NCBI RefSeq assembly: GCF_964355755.1
Contig: NC_092676.1
Location: 22,152,871-22,216,870, forward strand
From: Antedon mediterranea
Taxonomy: Eukaryota > Animalia > Echinodermata
Reading direction: 5' to 3'
Length of the DNA: 64,000 bases
Positions 51,156 to 64,000 of this stretch are shown here, one piece after another. Each line of letters opens with the position of its first letter. Position 1 is the first letter of the stretch. The position numbers and the translations under genes were made by a program. The notes beneath the pieces were generated by a model that had not been told where the DNA came from, searched no databases, and saw only the letters and a list, made by a program, of their open reading frames with translations.

Positions 51156-53498
51156 TACCACCTGTGTGGTCAAACAAATTAAAGACTATTCCATTATGAC
51201 CTCAAAAAAGACAGATTACAGTAGTACTATTCCAGTTTCTGCATATTATATTCACTGAATCATTTTTACAGATGAATTTTTAAAAAGTGTTTGGGATACG
51301 CCTATTAAAGGGACACTTTCTTCTGTCTTTTCCTTTGGGACAGTTTTTCTGGTTATAGATTCTTCCAATGTTTATTCTCATCGACAATACTTAAATATTA
51401 CAGTATTTTTCAATTCAATGCAAAAGGCAATTTACTTGGAAAAAATATATATTGTTATACCTCGACGGTATTTAAATATAGGAATAGAATCAAGTAAAAG
51501 TGGCGTTTTTGCTTTAGTCTGCTAATATTATGAAAAAGCACACAAAATTGTTATATATTATAGTAGCAATTGCAGTGATCTTAAACAGTATTCCAAGCTG
51601 CAAACAAAATCAGCTTTAGCCTAAGTATTTTTTCCTCAGTAAAAATAAGGCCTATTAAAACATTTCTACATTTGTAAGAAAATACTGTTTAAATGTGTGA
51701 ATTTAAATGTAAAAATGATTGTTTTTACCGATATGTGTGATTGTAACTTTTAGTACTAGTTTTATTATTATTATTAGTGTATATTAATTTCATAATATTT
51801 TTGAAGAGATATGACAACAATAATAACAAATTATTGAATGATAATAGATATTATATGTTTAAGGTAACTTTCTCAATTTTATACTTTTATTTCATCTGAC
51901 GAGGATGTATTTGCAATGACTTGGCTCTGAAATAAAAAGAGAATTCCAATTCTTTTGCTCATTTTTAAATTAGATTTATATTGTGTGAACTGTGTAAATC
52001 CAATTAGGATTGTTTAAAGATTTACCTCTGTTTATTCTAAGGAAAAATAGCAACATCCTGATGCATTTATTTTTTGTAACTGTAATCTTAAATTTGCACC
52101 CTTACTGAATGCCTTTGAAATGTTATCTTTAGTAAACTAATTTTTTCACTAATGTAATATTGACGGTGTTCATTTTATCACTTATAATACCTACTATTTT
52201 AGTACAATGAAACAAAGTTTAGGGTAATTTAAGCATTGAGAATTTTCTTTTATATTACACTAGGCAAAGATTTGAGAAAATTCTCTGATTTAGCAACAAC
52301 AGTCGGTTATTAATAGTTTATTTGTAAATATTATGATTTATTAGAGTAATGTCAATATGGGAGTGCTTTGACATGTTATACCATCGAAATACTCTGAGGT
52401 GTAGAAATTGTTAGTGCGTCCTCATAATGTCAATTCCAGGCAGATCAAGTTTTATCGCATATTCAATGCAACGTTCAAAGAGTTTAATGCTTGACTTGGT
52501 ACCACTAGGACGCAACAACGCAAGTTGACAAATCACAAGCGATTGAATAACTGTTGCTTGTCATTAGTCAACTCATACGTTACGTCTATGACCTTGCGTT
52601 GCGTCCAAGTGTGAACCAAGTTTAAAGAATACTATAAGCACACACTGAAAATTCATAGTGTAACCTCAACTTTGATTTTTAATCATGAAAGTTCCATGGT
52701 GACAATCGATAGCAACATACAACGAACGACTTGAACAGAATGTTGCACTAAGATGGAAATTTAATTGTTATAAAACAATATTAAGTATATTTAATCCAAT
52801 CGTGCTTGTTATTTATATTAGACTTATTATATAATTCTATTGTTTTATTTCATAACTAATGTGGTCATACAATGCATTAAAAATTAGGAAACAAAATGAT
52901 TATGTTTAACAGTTACACATTACTGATTGTTCCTATTTAAATGCTTTATCTGCATGTTCCATGTTTTGGTTAATTTGTAAAGTAAATTATTTAAAAACGA
53001 ATTAATAAAATGTGTCTTCTTTCTGATTACATAAATAATTTTATCTGTATGTTTGTATTAATCCGCGAGATCTGCGACGATTACGGGTGGCGTCATCGTA
53101 ACAAATATACGCATGCGCAAACGTAAAATCAGACAATTATCCCGCGCGCGTAGTTGAATGACGAACTATTGACCAATCGGAAACCGCATCCATCCATCGT
53201 TGGCAAACCGTACATCATCACACGACGACGAGAGAAATCATGAGTGATCACACGGCGAAATAATGGAAAGAAAACTGTAAGTTTAAATAGCCATATTTAT
53301 TATAATTTTGTCACGATGATTCATTATTATTAGGCCTACATTTAATAATTTCTGCATTCGTAACAACATGCCTAGCATACGACCTCTACTAAGCGATGAA
53401 ATCATACATTGAAGTCACTCCTTACTATACGATCAAAGAAGGTTTGCATGGACTTTAAAGTGCGGCGATATGTACGTGGGCGTAGGCAAACCGTCTAA

Positions 53499-53650
53499 AG
53501 CCTTGTCTACACTATCAAACTTTATGTGACAAAAAAAATGTGATGTGCCAATATATGGACATGATGATGTCATACTCCTAACATATTTGGGAATATCACT
53601 ACGGTACCATATTTGGGCACATCAGACTTTTTGATAGTGTAGACAGAGCT
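53499..53650. mobile_element. MITE family A (Harbinger-like) copy
   Basis: TIRs agccttgtctacactatcaaa / tttgatagtgtagacagagct, flanked by taa/tta. Confidence 0.8.
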
Positions 53651-53872
53651 TTAACTAAGTAGCACATTGTTCTGGCTGCCCAAAACGTAACGGCTGATTT
53701 ATTATTTAGCGGTTCAATTTTCCGAGGAGTGGTTTTTATGACAACAAAAAAAACAACTTTCACCAGCGAAGAGGCCTATGTTTGTTCTGTGAACAATGTT
53801 GCCTATTATGGTTATCCTCTTATGCAATGTGCCTAAGTTGAAAATTAAAAACAACTACTGTATTACAAGTAA

Positions 53873-54661
53873 CTATAAAAGAGCAGATTTTAGAAATACT
53901 GAGTGTGGTTGATTCTTTGCACGAATTTTTAAACTGTCCATGGCAGCTTTTTCTCGCTTATTCCGTGGTGGTGACACCATATCATTCAGTGATAATGACG
54001 TCTCAGAGCGATCATGTTTACGTAATATTGTATCAAGTATACTCGTTTCGTCTCTCACCAGCGAATTCTCAAGACTCAGAAACCTTGGGTCCTTGGTTCC
54101 TTTCCATTTCTCTTGAATTTCATTGCGACGTTTGATAATTTTTCTCTCTTTTTCTTCCTTCGCTGCCTCTGCCTCTGGTCCATATAGAGGAAGCTTGAAT
54201 CCATAAAATTGAGTAAAGTTGAGTCGCTTTCCCTTTTCTATGGGTGGTTTTTGGCGGTGAATCACTCCACTTGCGCTGTGTTTAATAATTGGCAATGTTT
54301 GCTCTCGTGTCGGCGGGTGTTCTAATTCTGTAATTAGTTCGTTAGAGCTTTTGTTTGCCTGGTGGCGGAATGGTCGTCTTGAGCGTACGTCAGGTGCCGT
54401 GGTCTTCATGACAAATTCTGGAAGAAAGGAAACATGTGGAATACCCATCTCGCGTAGCTCAGTCTCTTTGATAGCTTGACGAAGAACAAACGACTGTTCT
54501 TGCCATTCAAGAAGTCGTCCAGCTCTGTAACGATCACTCTGTATTCTCTTTAACTGATGCAGTAAAAGAAGCTCGGCGAAGTGATTATCTTGTAAAAGTA
54601 CCTTCTCAATATGACTGACTGGCACTGGTCCACGCCATTTTTTCTTCTTGCGACTAGACAT
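53873..54661 (-). CDS. Uncharacterised basic/coiled-coil protein, ~262 aa, single coding exon
   Basis: Long open frame with protein-like composition. An acceptor ttttacag| at 54694 implies the real start is the ATG at 54661 (MSSRKKKKW...), not 54751. Upstream donor at ~55592. Contains LPII and DPRFLSLENSL motifs; no family recognised. Confidence 0.75.
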   Translation of the reverse strand: MSSRKKKKWRGPVPVSHIEKVLLQDNHFAELLLLHQLKRIQSDRYRAGRLLEWQEQSFVLRQAIKETELREMGIPHVSFLPEFVMKTTAPDVRSRRPFRHQANKSSNELITELEHPPTREQTLPIIKHSASGVIHRQKPPIEKGKRLNFTQFYGFKLPLYGPEAEAAKEEKERKIIKRRNEIQEKWKGTKDPRFLSLENSLVRDETSILDTILRKHDRSETSLSLNDMVSPPRNKREKAAMDSLKIRAKNQPHSVFLKSALL

Positions 54662-55855
54662 ATCTAGACGGCCAAGTCCAAATCGGGTTATTTCTGTAAA
54701 ATATGCAATTATGCGAGTTAAAAACCTCCATGCTCTACCATGTTTACACATAAAGTAATTGCCATAATTCGATTGATTTAAGGTCAGTCAATTACCAATC
54801 TGTCTACAGTATAATCTATAGGCTAATCTGTCATCAAAAGTTAAAAGTCGTTTTTATTCAATCTCATGATTTCTGCCTGATGTTGCCGTAGCCTATCATT
54901 CACATATTCACAGCCCCATTGTCAGTCTCTCAGACATTCAGATGATCATAGGAATGGTAGACCTACGGTGGTAGGCGATAAATCATTCATTCAGTCAAAA
55001 TGTTTGACGAGTATGTCGATTTGTCTGTCGAAACATTCAATTCATAGGCTATTAACGTAGGAATGCATTGTTACCGATAATTATATCAACTGCTTTTAAG
55101 TTATCACTTCACCACCGTTTTCATAGTATATTATTAAATAATTAAATTTAATCATTCCTTGAACTAAAATTGATGGGGGAAAATGATGTTATACGTCATA
55201 TTATAATAGACTTGTTCACAATTTCAATTAAATTCTTACAGGGTGTAATCTGCTGAGACATTAGTTTATCACCGATGATGTTGCCGAAATATTATATTTT
55301 TTCACTTTGTTTTTCTCTTAAATTGTGGATCTATTTGAGCATTCAAATCTAGAAAGTTGGGTACCGGTAAGGTGTGTACAGTTCTGATATCAAACCAAAC
55401 TTCTATCGAATAAATAAGACCAATTGAACATATTGTTTGTATCAAGTTTCCAATCCTACCAACATTGAATTAAAAGGTATTATATTTATTAGATTTCTTT
55501 TTGCCAAGTTTTCCATTTAGTAATTCGTAGGCCTAAATAGTTGTTATCTGTATATTATTATCTGAAACAAAGAAATTAAATTAAAGACTTACCACATTAA
55601 AAATATATATTCCGGCAACTAAAAATCAGATAGGCCTATACATTCGAACTACTCGACACGACACGGACAGAATTGATTCTGATATGAAACAAATATAATG
55701 TAATATGTATAGTGAAATTCAATAAATCATCACCGTCTTCCGTTTAGCGTCCATGGTTACGAAGATAAGAACATTAAATCCTTGTTTCTTGTACGTGTGC
55801 CCCTTAATTGCCAATAATGAGTTTGACTGGAAAAGATGCGCAACGGTTTACTATT

Positions 55856-55869
55856 GTTACCATGGATAC
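55856..55869. promoter_or_regulatory. RFX X-box (GTTACC AT GGATAC)
   Basis: 14-bp near-palindrome matching the X-box consensus, ~260 bp upstream of the putative first-exon donor of the 53873-54661 gene. Confidence 0.6.
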
Positions 55870-58634
55870 ACAAGTGTCTCTTAGGGAATTTGTTTTTTTC
55901 ATTCGGATCACCACAAGACAATCGGAACCTGGGATTGTATAAACAGGGTATATGAATGAAGGCATTGTTTGGATTGTTATTTTATCCCACACGACATTGG
56001 CAATGGTGATGACATTGTGTGCTTGAGTTGCCATTGTCATGCGCTCAAATCTGATAGGTCTATCATGTTTCCTTTTAGCGACTGAATTATCAATTTTCCA
56101 TTGTAAGATTAACAATTATTCAAATATACACACAAACCATGTCATACTGTTAAGAACATTTACACTTTTGCTGAGTCTGACGTAATTCTACTCTTCTTAC
56201 TAATTCTGACTTCAACAAAAATATTTTAATTAATAAGCATTATATTTACGTTTATTATTTCTAATCAATCTTTTCGGATTGGATATTTAGGTTTGATGTG
56301 AATCACTCTGATCAAAAAGGACTCGTCTCTTAGATACATGAATGTCAATAGTTATCACTATCTATTTCAGACTGTGTTTACACTAGCATGGTACACATTA
56401 GTTTGCAACTTAGAAAAGTAAATACCCAAACAAAGTACCTACATCAATGGCCTAACCTTCTCACTAAAAGTTAACCAGATACTTGCGGGAACCACGGTTC
56501 ATAAACATCGGTACCATTTAGATCTACAGAGGACATTTTTTTATTTACATTCTTTCTAATTCTTAGACTAGGATGAGTGGAACAGATGTATTTTTTTTAA
56601 ATTATTCATTTTTAAACTAATTTTTTGCAAATAACAAGCTACTATAGTTACTGTGTATTCGAGAATGTGATAAAAAAAACGCTAGAATAAATGTGTTTTA
56701 ATTCGTCAGCAGCAATACAAGCCTAAAGGCCTAGTAATCTCCATGATTTTTGGTCAATAAATGAATGTAGCCTATTTACAATATTAAAAGTTTACGTCAA
56801 TAACCCGCTTTCTGTTTAGAAATATAATGCAATAGAATGCCTTCTTTCAGATGATACTTTTCAGAGGACTCCCGACGATCGAAAACACTATTTATCCAAC
56901 GCCTTTGTTGACACAACTTTAAAAAATAATATGCGTGCACTTTGTTATCCCAATATTCGCGCCACTAAAATTAAATACAATGATACTTTGAATATTACCT
57001 TCTGCGATGAGATCCATGTGGCTGCTGTCTGATAGACAAGATTATCACCTACCAAGGCTCTATAAAACACGTCTTATGTAAGCCTAACCTACAAGCGAAA
57101 TGCAATCTTCATTTACCTTAGATGGGATCTATTGGTACTTCAAAATTTCCCTCCCTCACCACTTTGGAATTCCTATACAAAACGCATACGTATTTCTGAT
57201 AACCTCTCCTCCTATTGATTGAATATTAGATATATTAAAACAACAACATCGCTATGACAATAACTATCTTTAGATTAAATTATACATCTGCTATAGTATT
57301 ATTATGATACGTCGACAAGCCAAAAATCAATGTTTCTACTTCTTTTAACTACATAGGAAGTTTACGGATTTTTTACTGGTCTGAAAAAAAAAAGAACCCA
57401 AGAAGCTTAAGAACCTAATACTACGATAAACAAGATAAATAAATATACATTTTCCTTATGGTTATTTAAAAAAATGATTCTACCTATTATCGTCGTTTGT
57501 TATCGTCGTATTGTAAAGCCTGTTTTCCTTTCGACGTTAATCGACGCTATCGTTAACAATAATCGGCGATCTTCAACGTAAAGACTGAAATGTTAACGAT
57601 TTACAGGAAAAGGTACTTGCTATCGTTATCATTTCAACTTGATCGTTTAAAAACGATCGTCGTTGAACTGTTCGATCAACGACGAACGGGCCCTAAAAGG
57701 CATAAACTAAACGATCTATTTTGGCCTATGGCTAATGCCCTACGGAGAGAGTTTTCTTGCTTCAGAATAATTGCCATGGGTTTAGAGTTTCTCTCATTTC
57801 GTTAAGTTGGACGTTGTTCTGACTAACAGTAGAAATTGGTCGTGGACGCAACGTACGCGCAATGTATGTAAACTTGACCAATCACACGCGACGGATTAGG
57901 AAAAGGTTCATCCCATAAAGCATCTTTGATAGGGTAAGTTATGTATTACACATTATGTATTTGTAAAAGTAGGTTCTAGTCGGTGATTTGGCTTAATATT
58001 CGTAATAAGGAAGATATTTTTGTACAATTTGCGTCTCATATATATACTTGAGATAGAGACTGTTTAATGTTTACATTGGTAAAGTTATTGTCGAGGATTT
58101 CAAAAATAGTAAACTAGCTATTGCGAAATGAATAACAAAACAAATTCTAATATTCGTTATTAATGTTTTGATTTTTTGACCATGGGAACGCAATAAAGAT
58201 GAACAACACAGCTGGAGAAAACTCAAGCACCATCTTCAACACAATCTACATGACAGATATTGATTTTTTATCTCGTTAAAGGAAATGCATATCTCTACGT
58301 GTGATTTATGATCGCATAAATGTTATTCACAAGCAGTTTAATACACTTTTAATATAATTTCAGATTTAAACTGCCTAAATAATGTGTAGTGTTAAAAGAG
58401 AACCTCTAATAGAGTTACTGTAATATCAGGAAGACATTTTGACACAAAACTTAGACGCAACAAAAAGACGTAAGCCAACCCACGTCTCGCAACGACTTGG
58501 TTTCCATTGGCGGTAGCGATGCAATGACGTAGATACAACGCAAAAGAGTTGACCAATCACAAGCGAAAGTTCGAATCATTCATCGCTTGTGATTAGTCAA
58601 ATCACTAGGTTGCCCTTACGTTGCTTCATAGTAA

Positions 58635-58793
58635 AGCTTGGTTCAACTAGGACGCAACGCAGGGGACGTAACGCAACGAAAAGTGATTTTACCAATCACA
58701 AGCGATAGATATTTCAAACAGTCGCATGTGATTGAAAAAACTATCTTGCGTTGCATCTACGTCCTTGCGTTGCGTCCTAGTGGGAACCAAGCT
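58635..58793. mobile_element. MITE family B (TIR agcttggttcccactaggacgcaacgca)
   Basis: Long inverted termini. Related copies at ~25718-25830, ~45865-45935, ~52493-52621, ~57835-57890 and ~58495-58630 share gaccaatcacaagcga. Confidence 0.8.
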
Positions 58794-59507
58794 AGCGTAC
58801 CGAGCTTTAGGCACAACGCAAGCGAAAAAACCAAGCATTGGGGAGAAAAAAGGAAACAATATATTGGCAGGTTAAGAAATATTTATATAATAGTACTGTA
58901 CTACACATAATTATTCTATCTCACCAAACCGCAAGACCGGTACTAGCGAGATGGGGCACATTTTATTCTTTTTTTTGCACAACATTACTACTACTAAAAA
59001 AATGTTACCAACCATATTTTTTATTGGAAAAAAAATGTTTTTTGTAATTTAACAGCCAGGATACCAATTGCCAAACCACACAAACTCGTTATATGGAGGA
59101 TAAAAAAAACAAGACCATATCAAAATCATTCTACAGTACTATGATCAGAGCAGATACTACACTTTTTAACATGTTTTGTAATTATTTAGCAAGTATTTTT
59201 TGGGTAATCATATGCACTATTTATTGCAGTGACTGTCCAAAAAATTTCTAAATTAAACAATTTAAAAACGATACGTTATTGCAGTCAAAAGAATGTAGTT
59301 ACTGCAGTAACTGAAGTAGGATATGTTTGATATGATTAAATATGGTTATGGTTTATGGTTAAACAATTTATCAAGCATTCAATATGCTCATAACTACGCA
59401 AAGTGGTAAAGGATTGTTCCAGGGAGCCTGCTATTTTACAAGGGTTAATTTGCTGGAAATATAGTATCTACAGTTTTTACAGTTTAATGGACAATTTCCT
59501 TTCTTTT

Positions 59508-62500
59508 TCAACTTTGTACACTTTTTTCTTTTAACATCGTTGATACTTCATCAACTTTTAACTTCTTGCATGCCGACATTTCTTCAGTTTGTTCAGGTGC
59601 CGTGTGTAACTTCCCTTTTATTTTTAGCTCTTTCCTGCGTTGCCAATCTTTGGTGTTATCTTGACACTTCTTATGAAGGTTTCTGTACAAACTTTCTACC
59701 TTCAGAGACTCTGAAACAAAGAGAATTGAACATTTCTTTGGAGGCTGTCAACATTATTCTACTGCAGGTACTGCAGAAACTACATTTTATTTACACTTTA
59801 ACTTGTTTATGTAATTAGCAAGGTTTTTTTTTGGTGGGGGGGGGGGGGGTAGTCAAACACACTGTTTATTGCAATTACAATTACCACCTCATAAACTTGT
59901 GCTTTCAAAAAAATTAAAATCATTCATTATTAGAGTGAAAAAATGCAGTTTGTAGACTGTAGCGCACCACTTACATATTTACATCATCACTCTATACAGT
60001 TGTATAATAATTATAGCTCTTTTTTTTATGTTTTCCAGAGTGTATACAAATTTATTTTTCTTTTGGTATCAAAGTATCAACCACAACAATAATATAACCA
60101 ATAATAAGATAACCAGAAATAATAATGATAATCAAACACAATATGTAATTTTAATATTATATTATTATATTATTATATTTTATTTATTGTTTTATATTCA
60201 GGTCTTGATGCGATTACCTTCAGAACGGTCTTAACAACTCTAAAGCTCTGTCTACATTTTATCAAAATTTATGTGACAACAAATGTGTTGTGCCCATGGA
60301 CACAATGATGTCATATCACTACCACATCACACTTTTGTGTGAAACTAGTTTGATAGTGTAGACAGAGCTTAACAAGCACAGATAGAATCTTTCAACCTAT
60401 GTTGTGAATGTGTTGTGTGAAAAGAGAGGATATGCTGATATATCTATTGCTGCTGCTGTACTGCATTGTGCAAATATTCTAAACAATCATATCTAAACAT
60501 TTATTTTTAAAACAGCACTTTTCTTATCTAATAAGTAAATAGTTTACAATACCTTTGAATATTGACCAATCATTGTTGACTTTTTCTTTGATTTTTATAA
60601 TTTGATTGCCTTCCTTTAAACTAGTAGGTTTTAACTGCAATAAAAAACCAAAACATGTTACGGTAGTGTTTTATACAAGGCAAATTTATTCATGCGATTC
60701 AATTACATTTTTTACATTTTATTTTTATTTCGGAAACGGACGTCCATAGTTATAAAATCAATTGCATACATAAATTTAAATAAAAAGGCAGACACAAAAA
60801 ATATTCAAACATGTCAATGATTTTTATCCCATGAGAAAAATCATAGTAATATAATGTGATTGAGTAAAGGATTTGAACATACTGCCTGGTATTTGTAAGG
60901 AAACCACTACTCAATACTAACCCATATATATTTCTCTGGAAAATGATTTTATCACTACAGTATTGGGTATCAGGTGGCCTGAGAAAATAAGGAATGATGA
61001 TTTGTATAAAAAAAACAGGGGAGACCGAGTAGAGAAAAAAAGTACAGAAAAGAAAGTATGGTCATATGCTTCAAATGATCACACACCAGCTAAAATAAGT
61101 GCACTTAGAGAGGCTCCGTTAAAGATTAAAATAGACTACAACACAACATGAAAACATCCAAACTTTACACACACACACACTTTGAAAACACTAAAAAACA
61201 CACAGAGAATGGCGCGAAACACGCAATGTGATGTGAGATGACTAGCGTTCAAGAAAAGAATATTTCTACAATTTTTTATAATATTTAGTATAAAACTTTG
61301 TGTCCAGTATTAACTACAAAAGAAGATAGATTTTTAAAACATTTCTTTCAGCTTAGATAAAAGAAACGTTGTTATATTGATTTAAAATCAAGAAAAAAAG
61401 AAACAGATGCATACACTTTCCTCTGCCTAATGTGTTCTTGATTTGTTTTACAATGTAATCTTCAAAAGAATTGTAAATTAAATCAATATCTAGTATTTAT
61501 AGTATCACATTATTATGTCATTTCCTTTTACACCTGTGGGGTCATATAGTTATATTATATGCCTGTGTTGTTATGATATTATATAAAGCAATATTTTAAT
61601 CAAATAGGCTACTGTTAAACAGAGATCATGAGGGGAAACTCAATATAGAAATTACTGCTGCACTCAGGAATAACAAGGCTATATACATGGCTGCAGTCGC
61701 ATGCTCAAGTTAGTGTTTACCGACCAACCAACCAACAGTGAGCTGTGGTGTCGCGTTGCCCACGACTAAAAAGATTGGTTCCCTAACACTAACAGTGATA
61801 TACTGAATATATTGAATATACACAATTGATATTAACAAACCTTTAAAATGTTTTCTTGCATGTAGAATTCATAGACTGTTATGATTTCATTTTGTTGCGG
61901 TTTAAAAACCCACAAATGGTCTTCTTCGTCGAAAGCAATGTCCCATGGTTCAACACAAGTTTCTAAGCTGGCCACTAACCTAGCATCAAGAACATCACCA
62001 ACTCGATCATACTCAAATATTTTCACACCCTTATATCTAAAATTTAAATAGAAAATGATGTAAATGATAAAACATTGTACAGTATAAACAAAATGTTATA
62101 TATTTATGTAATTTTTTAATTCAATGATGTTACTGTATTAAACTCTCACCCCACGGACTTGGCCTTAAAATTTCTAAAATGTTTGGATTTCTGGTTTTCT
62201 AGAATATCTGGTTTTCTAGAATGTCTAGATCAAAAACATTTTTCTATGTCTGATTTCTAACATGTCTATTTTTCTTGAATAATTGATTGTCTAGATAGAA
62301 CACATGGTTTTCTGAATATCTATTCCATCAAAGCAATTTCAAGTCAATTAACATAAATTTTCTAAATTTCACAGATAATAAGATAATATTTATAATGTAG
62401 ATGTTTAATAAAAGTAATAAAAGATATATTCTCATTTTAACCCAGAAAAATTAGTATGAAAACAAAGATCCCACAATGGAGTTTCAATGCTAAAGTAATC

Positions 62501-63628
62501 GAAAATCTTACTTTTCCAGTAATATTGCAACATAGTTACTTTTCCTAGAACACCTAATACATAACACTGTTGGCCTTGTTGTCTCTTCTATCTGTTTCAA
62601 TGATAACCTGCACAACTCCTGACCAGAGGTATACTTCCAAAAGCGTAAACTAGCATCCTATCCAAATAAAACACCAACCTTTTTAACTGGTGGTCATGAC
62701 TTATTTTGACCTCCATCTGCACATTTTTTATGTTTCTATGTTCATTGTAATGTTTAAGTTATGTGTCTATCTTATTTGTAATTTGTAATTTTTATTTTAA
62801 AATGTGTGGAGAAACTAATAACAAAACAAACAAAATTAACATCAGAAGATAATTGTGATGATCAACAATTTGAGAACATTTATTGTAGGGTCAGTTGTTT
62901 ACTTGAAATTTCATGCATGAGTGAGTTTTCTATAGTGCCCAGAAACCGTACAATTAACACCTCATGTTATATTTGTGTATTTCAAAAATATTTGTTTTGA
63001 TGTTTTTTTTAACCTATGTATACATACATATTGTTTAGCATCAGGAAAAAGAATTTTACTATTGTACTATTACTTCAAAAAAATATATCGTATCTTTTCT
63101 TTTTACCAAAAACAAATTCATGTTGCTGCTTATATACTTAGGCTTGAACCTAAAATGAGAAGAGCAAGCTGGAGGGGTATGAATGCATGATGGTAATCTA
63201 TTTGCTTATATCTATAGTAATTTTCATAAATGAATACATTTTGGGCTTTATTTTTTGGGTCAAAAAGTTACATATTCTTTTATTTTTATATACTTACAGC
63301 TGAACCTGAAACTAACATATCTTGTTCCTTCGGTAAAATCGCTATCTTGCTAACCAGGCTGAGAAAAATATTTAAAAATAAGTTTATGAAAAAAAAACGA
63401 CTGTAACATGACAAACAGAAGAACAAGATAAAAAGGACAGAAATAGTAGCTAGTCACGGACATCAACAGTTTTGGTCCAGTCCAAATTCCAATGCAAGAA
63501 AATGATTTAACTTACTCTGTGTGGCCAAGGCAAAAGCATTCAATGTTATAACAGTTTGGTAGATGTGAAACTCTAATCTTCTCATCTCTATCAGCTGTCA
63601 GTATGTACTTATCATCAGGACTGATAAC
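59508..63628 (-). CDS. WDR4: tRNA (guanine-N7)-methyltransferase non-catalytic subunit WDR4/Trm82, 3' six exons (5' part outside the window)
   Basis: Exons 63628-63516, 63358-63298, 62657-62512, 62036-61841, 60634-60553 and 59710-59508 are GT-AG and in phase. They encode [37 protein letters not shown] (diagnostic WDR4 motif), LVSGSADASLRFW, PWDIAFD and a C-terminal basic KKLK. Confidence 0.93.
60244..60369. mobile_element. MITE family A copy with TAA TSD
   Basis: taa|agctctgtctaca ... tgtagacagagct|taa. Confidence 0.85.
60960..61150 (+). mobile_element. Degenerate RTE-clade LINE fragment
   Basis: Translation [15 protein letters not shown]...TPAKI resembles the post-RT region of RTE elements; frameshifted. 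Confidence 0.55.
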
Positions 63629-63679
63629 CTAAACAAGAAATAAATAAAATCAATATTTTCAACTGTACTGATTATTAAA

Positions 63680-64000
63680 TTTTATTTATTTTATTACACC
63701 TTATTTTTAGAGGGTGACCCTAAACAGTGTATGCTGACTATCAAGGGGCCTTCTTGATGAGTGACAGTGGCTGTGTGTATAATAGTACACAGGGGGAACC
63801 CCCTACTTATCTCGAAGGATGTACTTTAAAGTGCACATGAGCCAGATGTGTACATGGGACCTACGGTTTATAGTCCTTATCCGTGAAGACTCGTTGTATA
63901 ACCAGAACCATAGAGCGAGTGAGACTCGAACCCTTGCCGATGTTAATATGGCAAGGTATTACGGTTCCACTGTCTCAACCGCTTGGCAACTCATTGCTCA
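63680..64000 (-). mobile_element. MetaSINE-like SINE in a WDR4 intron
   Basis: Reverse complement matches 24822-25070 (gacagtggaaccgtaatac...ggcaagggttcgagtctcactcgctc...ggataaggactataaaccgtaggtcc); A-rich tail. Confidence 0.8.

Noticed and set aside
51895-51935. ctgacga...gaaa as a possible hammerhead in the ISYNA1 3' region
   Set aside because: There are no supporting stems I or III.
54662-54751. N-terminal 30 aa of the 292-aa ORF call
   Set aside because: It starts at a non-ATG codon and crosses a clear splice acceptor at 54694, so it is probably intron/UTR.

Overview
AT-rich, intron-rich animal genomic DNA, most likely echinoderm, because the kinesin closely resembles my recollection of sea-urchin KRP95. 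Exon-by-exon reading supports five gene models: (1) a decayed or uncharacterised multi-exon gene on the minus strand at ~1.2-4.0 kb with an in-frame TGA; (2) a complete kinesin-II 95-kDa subunit gene (KIF3B/KRP95, +, 10845-32345); (3) a complete inositol-3-phosphate synthase gene (ISYNA1, +, 42109-51155); (4) an uncharacterised ~262-aa gene (-, 53873-54661) with an upstream RFX X-box; (5) the 3' part of WDR4/Trm82 (-, 59508-63628). A KIF3B intron holds an apparently intact ~6.1-kb non-LTR retrotransposon in antisense. Its ORF1 (PHD + coiled coil + SGNH esterase + 2 CCHC knuckles) and ORF2 (APE + RT + zinc finger) are in the same frame and separated only by a single TAG. The rest is dense with tRNA-derived SINEs, Harbinger/Kolobok/hAT-like MITEs, Helitron-like pieces and tandem repeats. 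The most unusual observations are the single-stop ORF1/ORF2 junction, CTAG/TAGGCCTA-saturated tracts just downstream of two promoters, a 9x octamer (ATGCAAAT) array, a degenerate hammerhead-like motif and an inverted SINE pair. All calls are from manual reading; no database searches were run.
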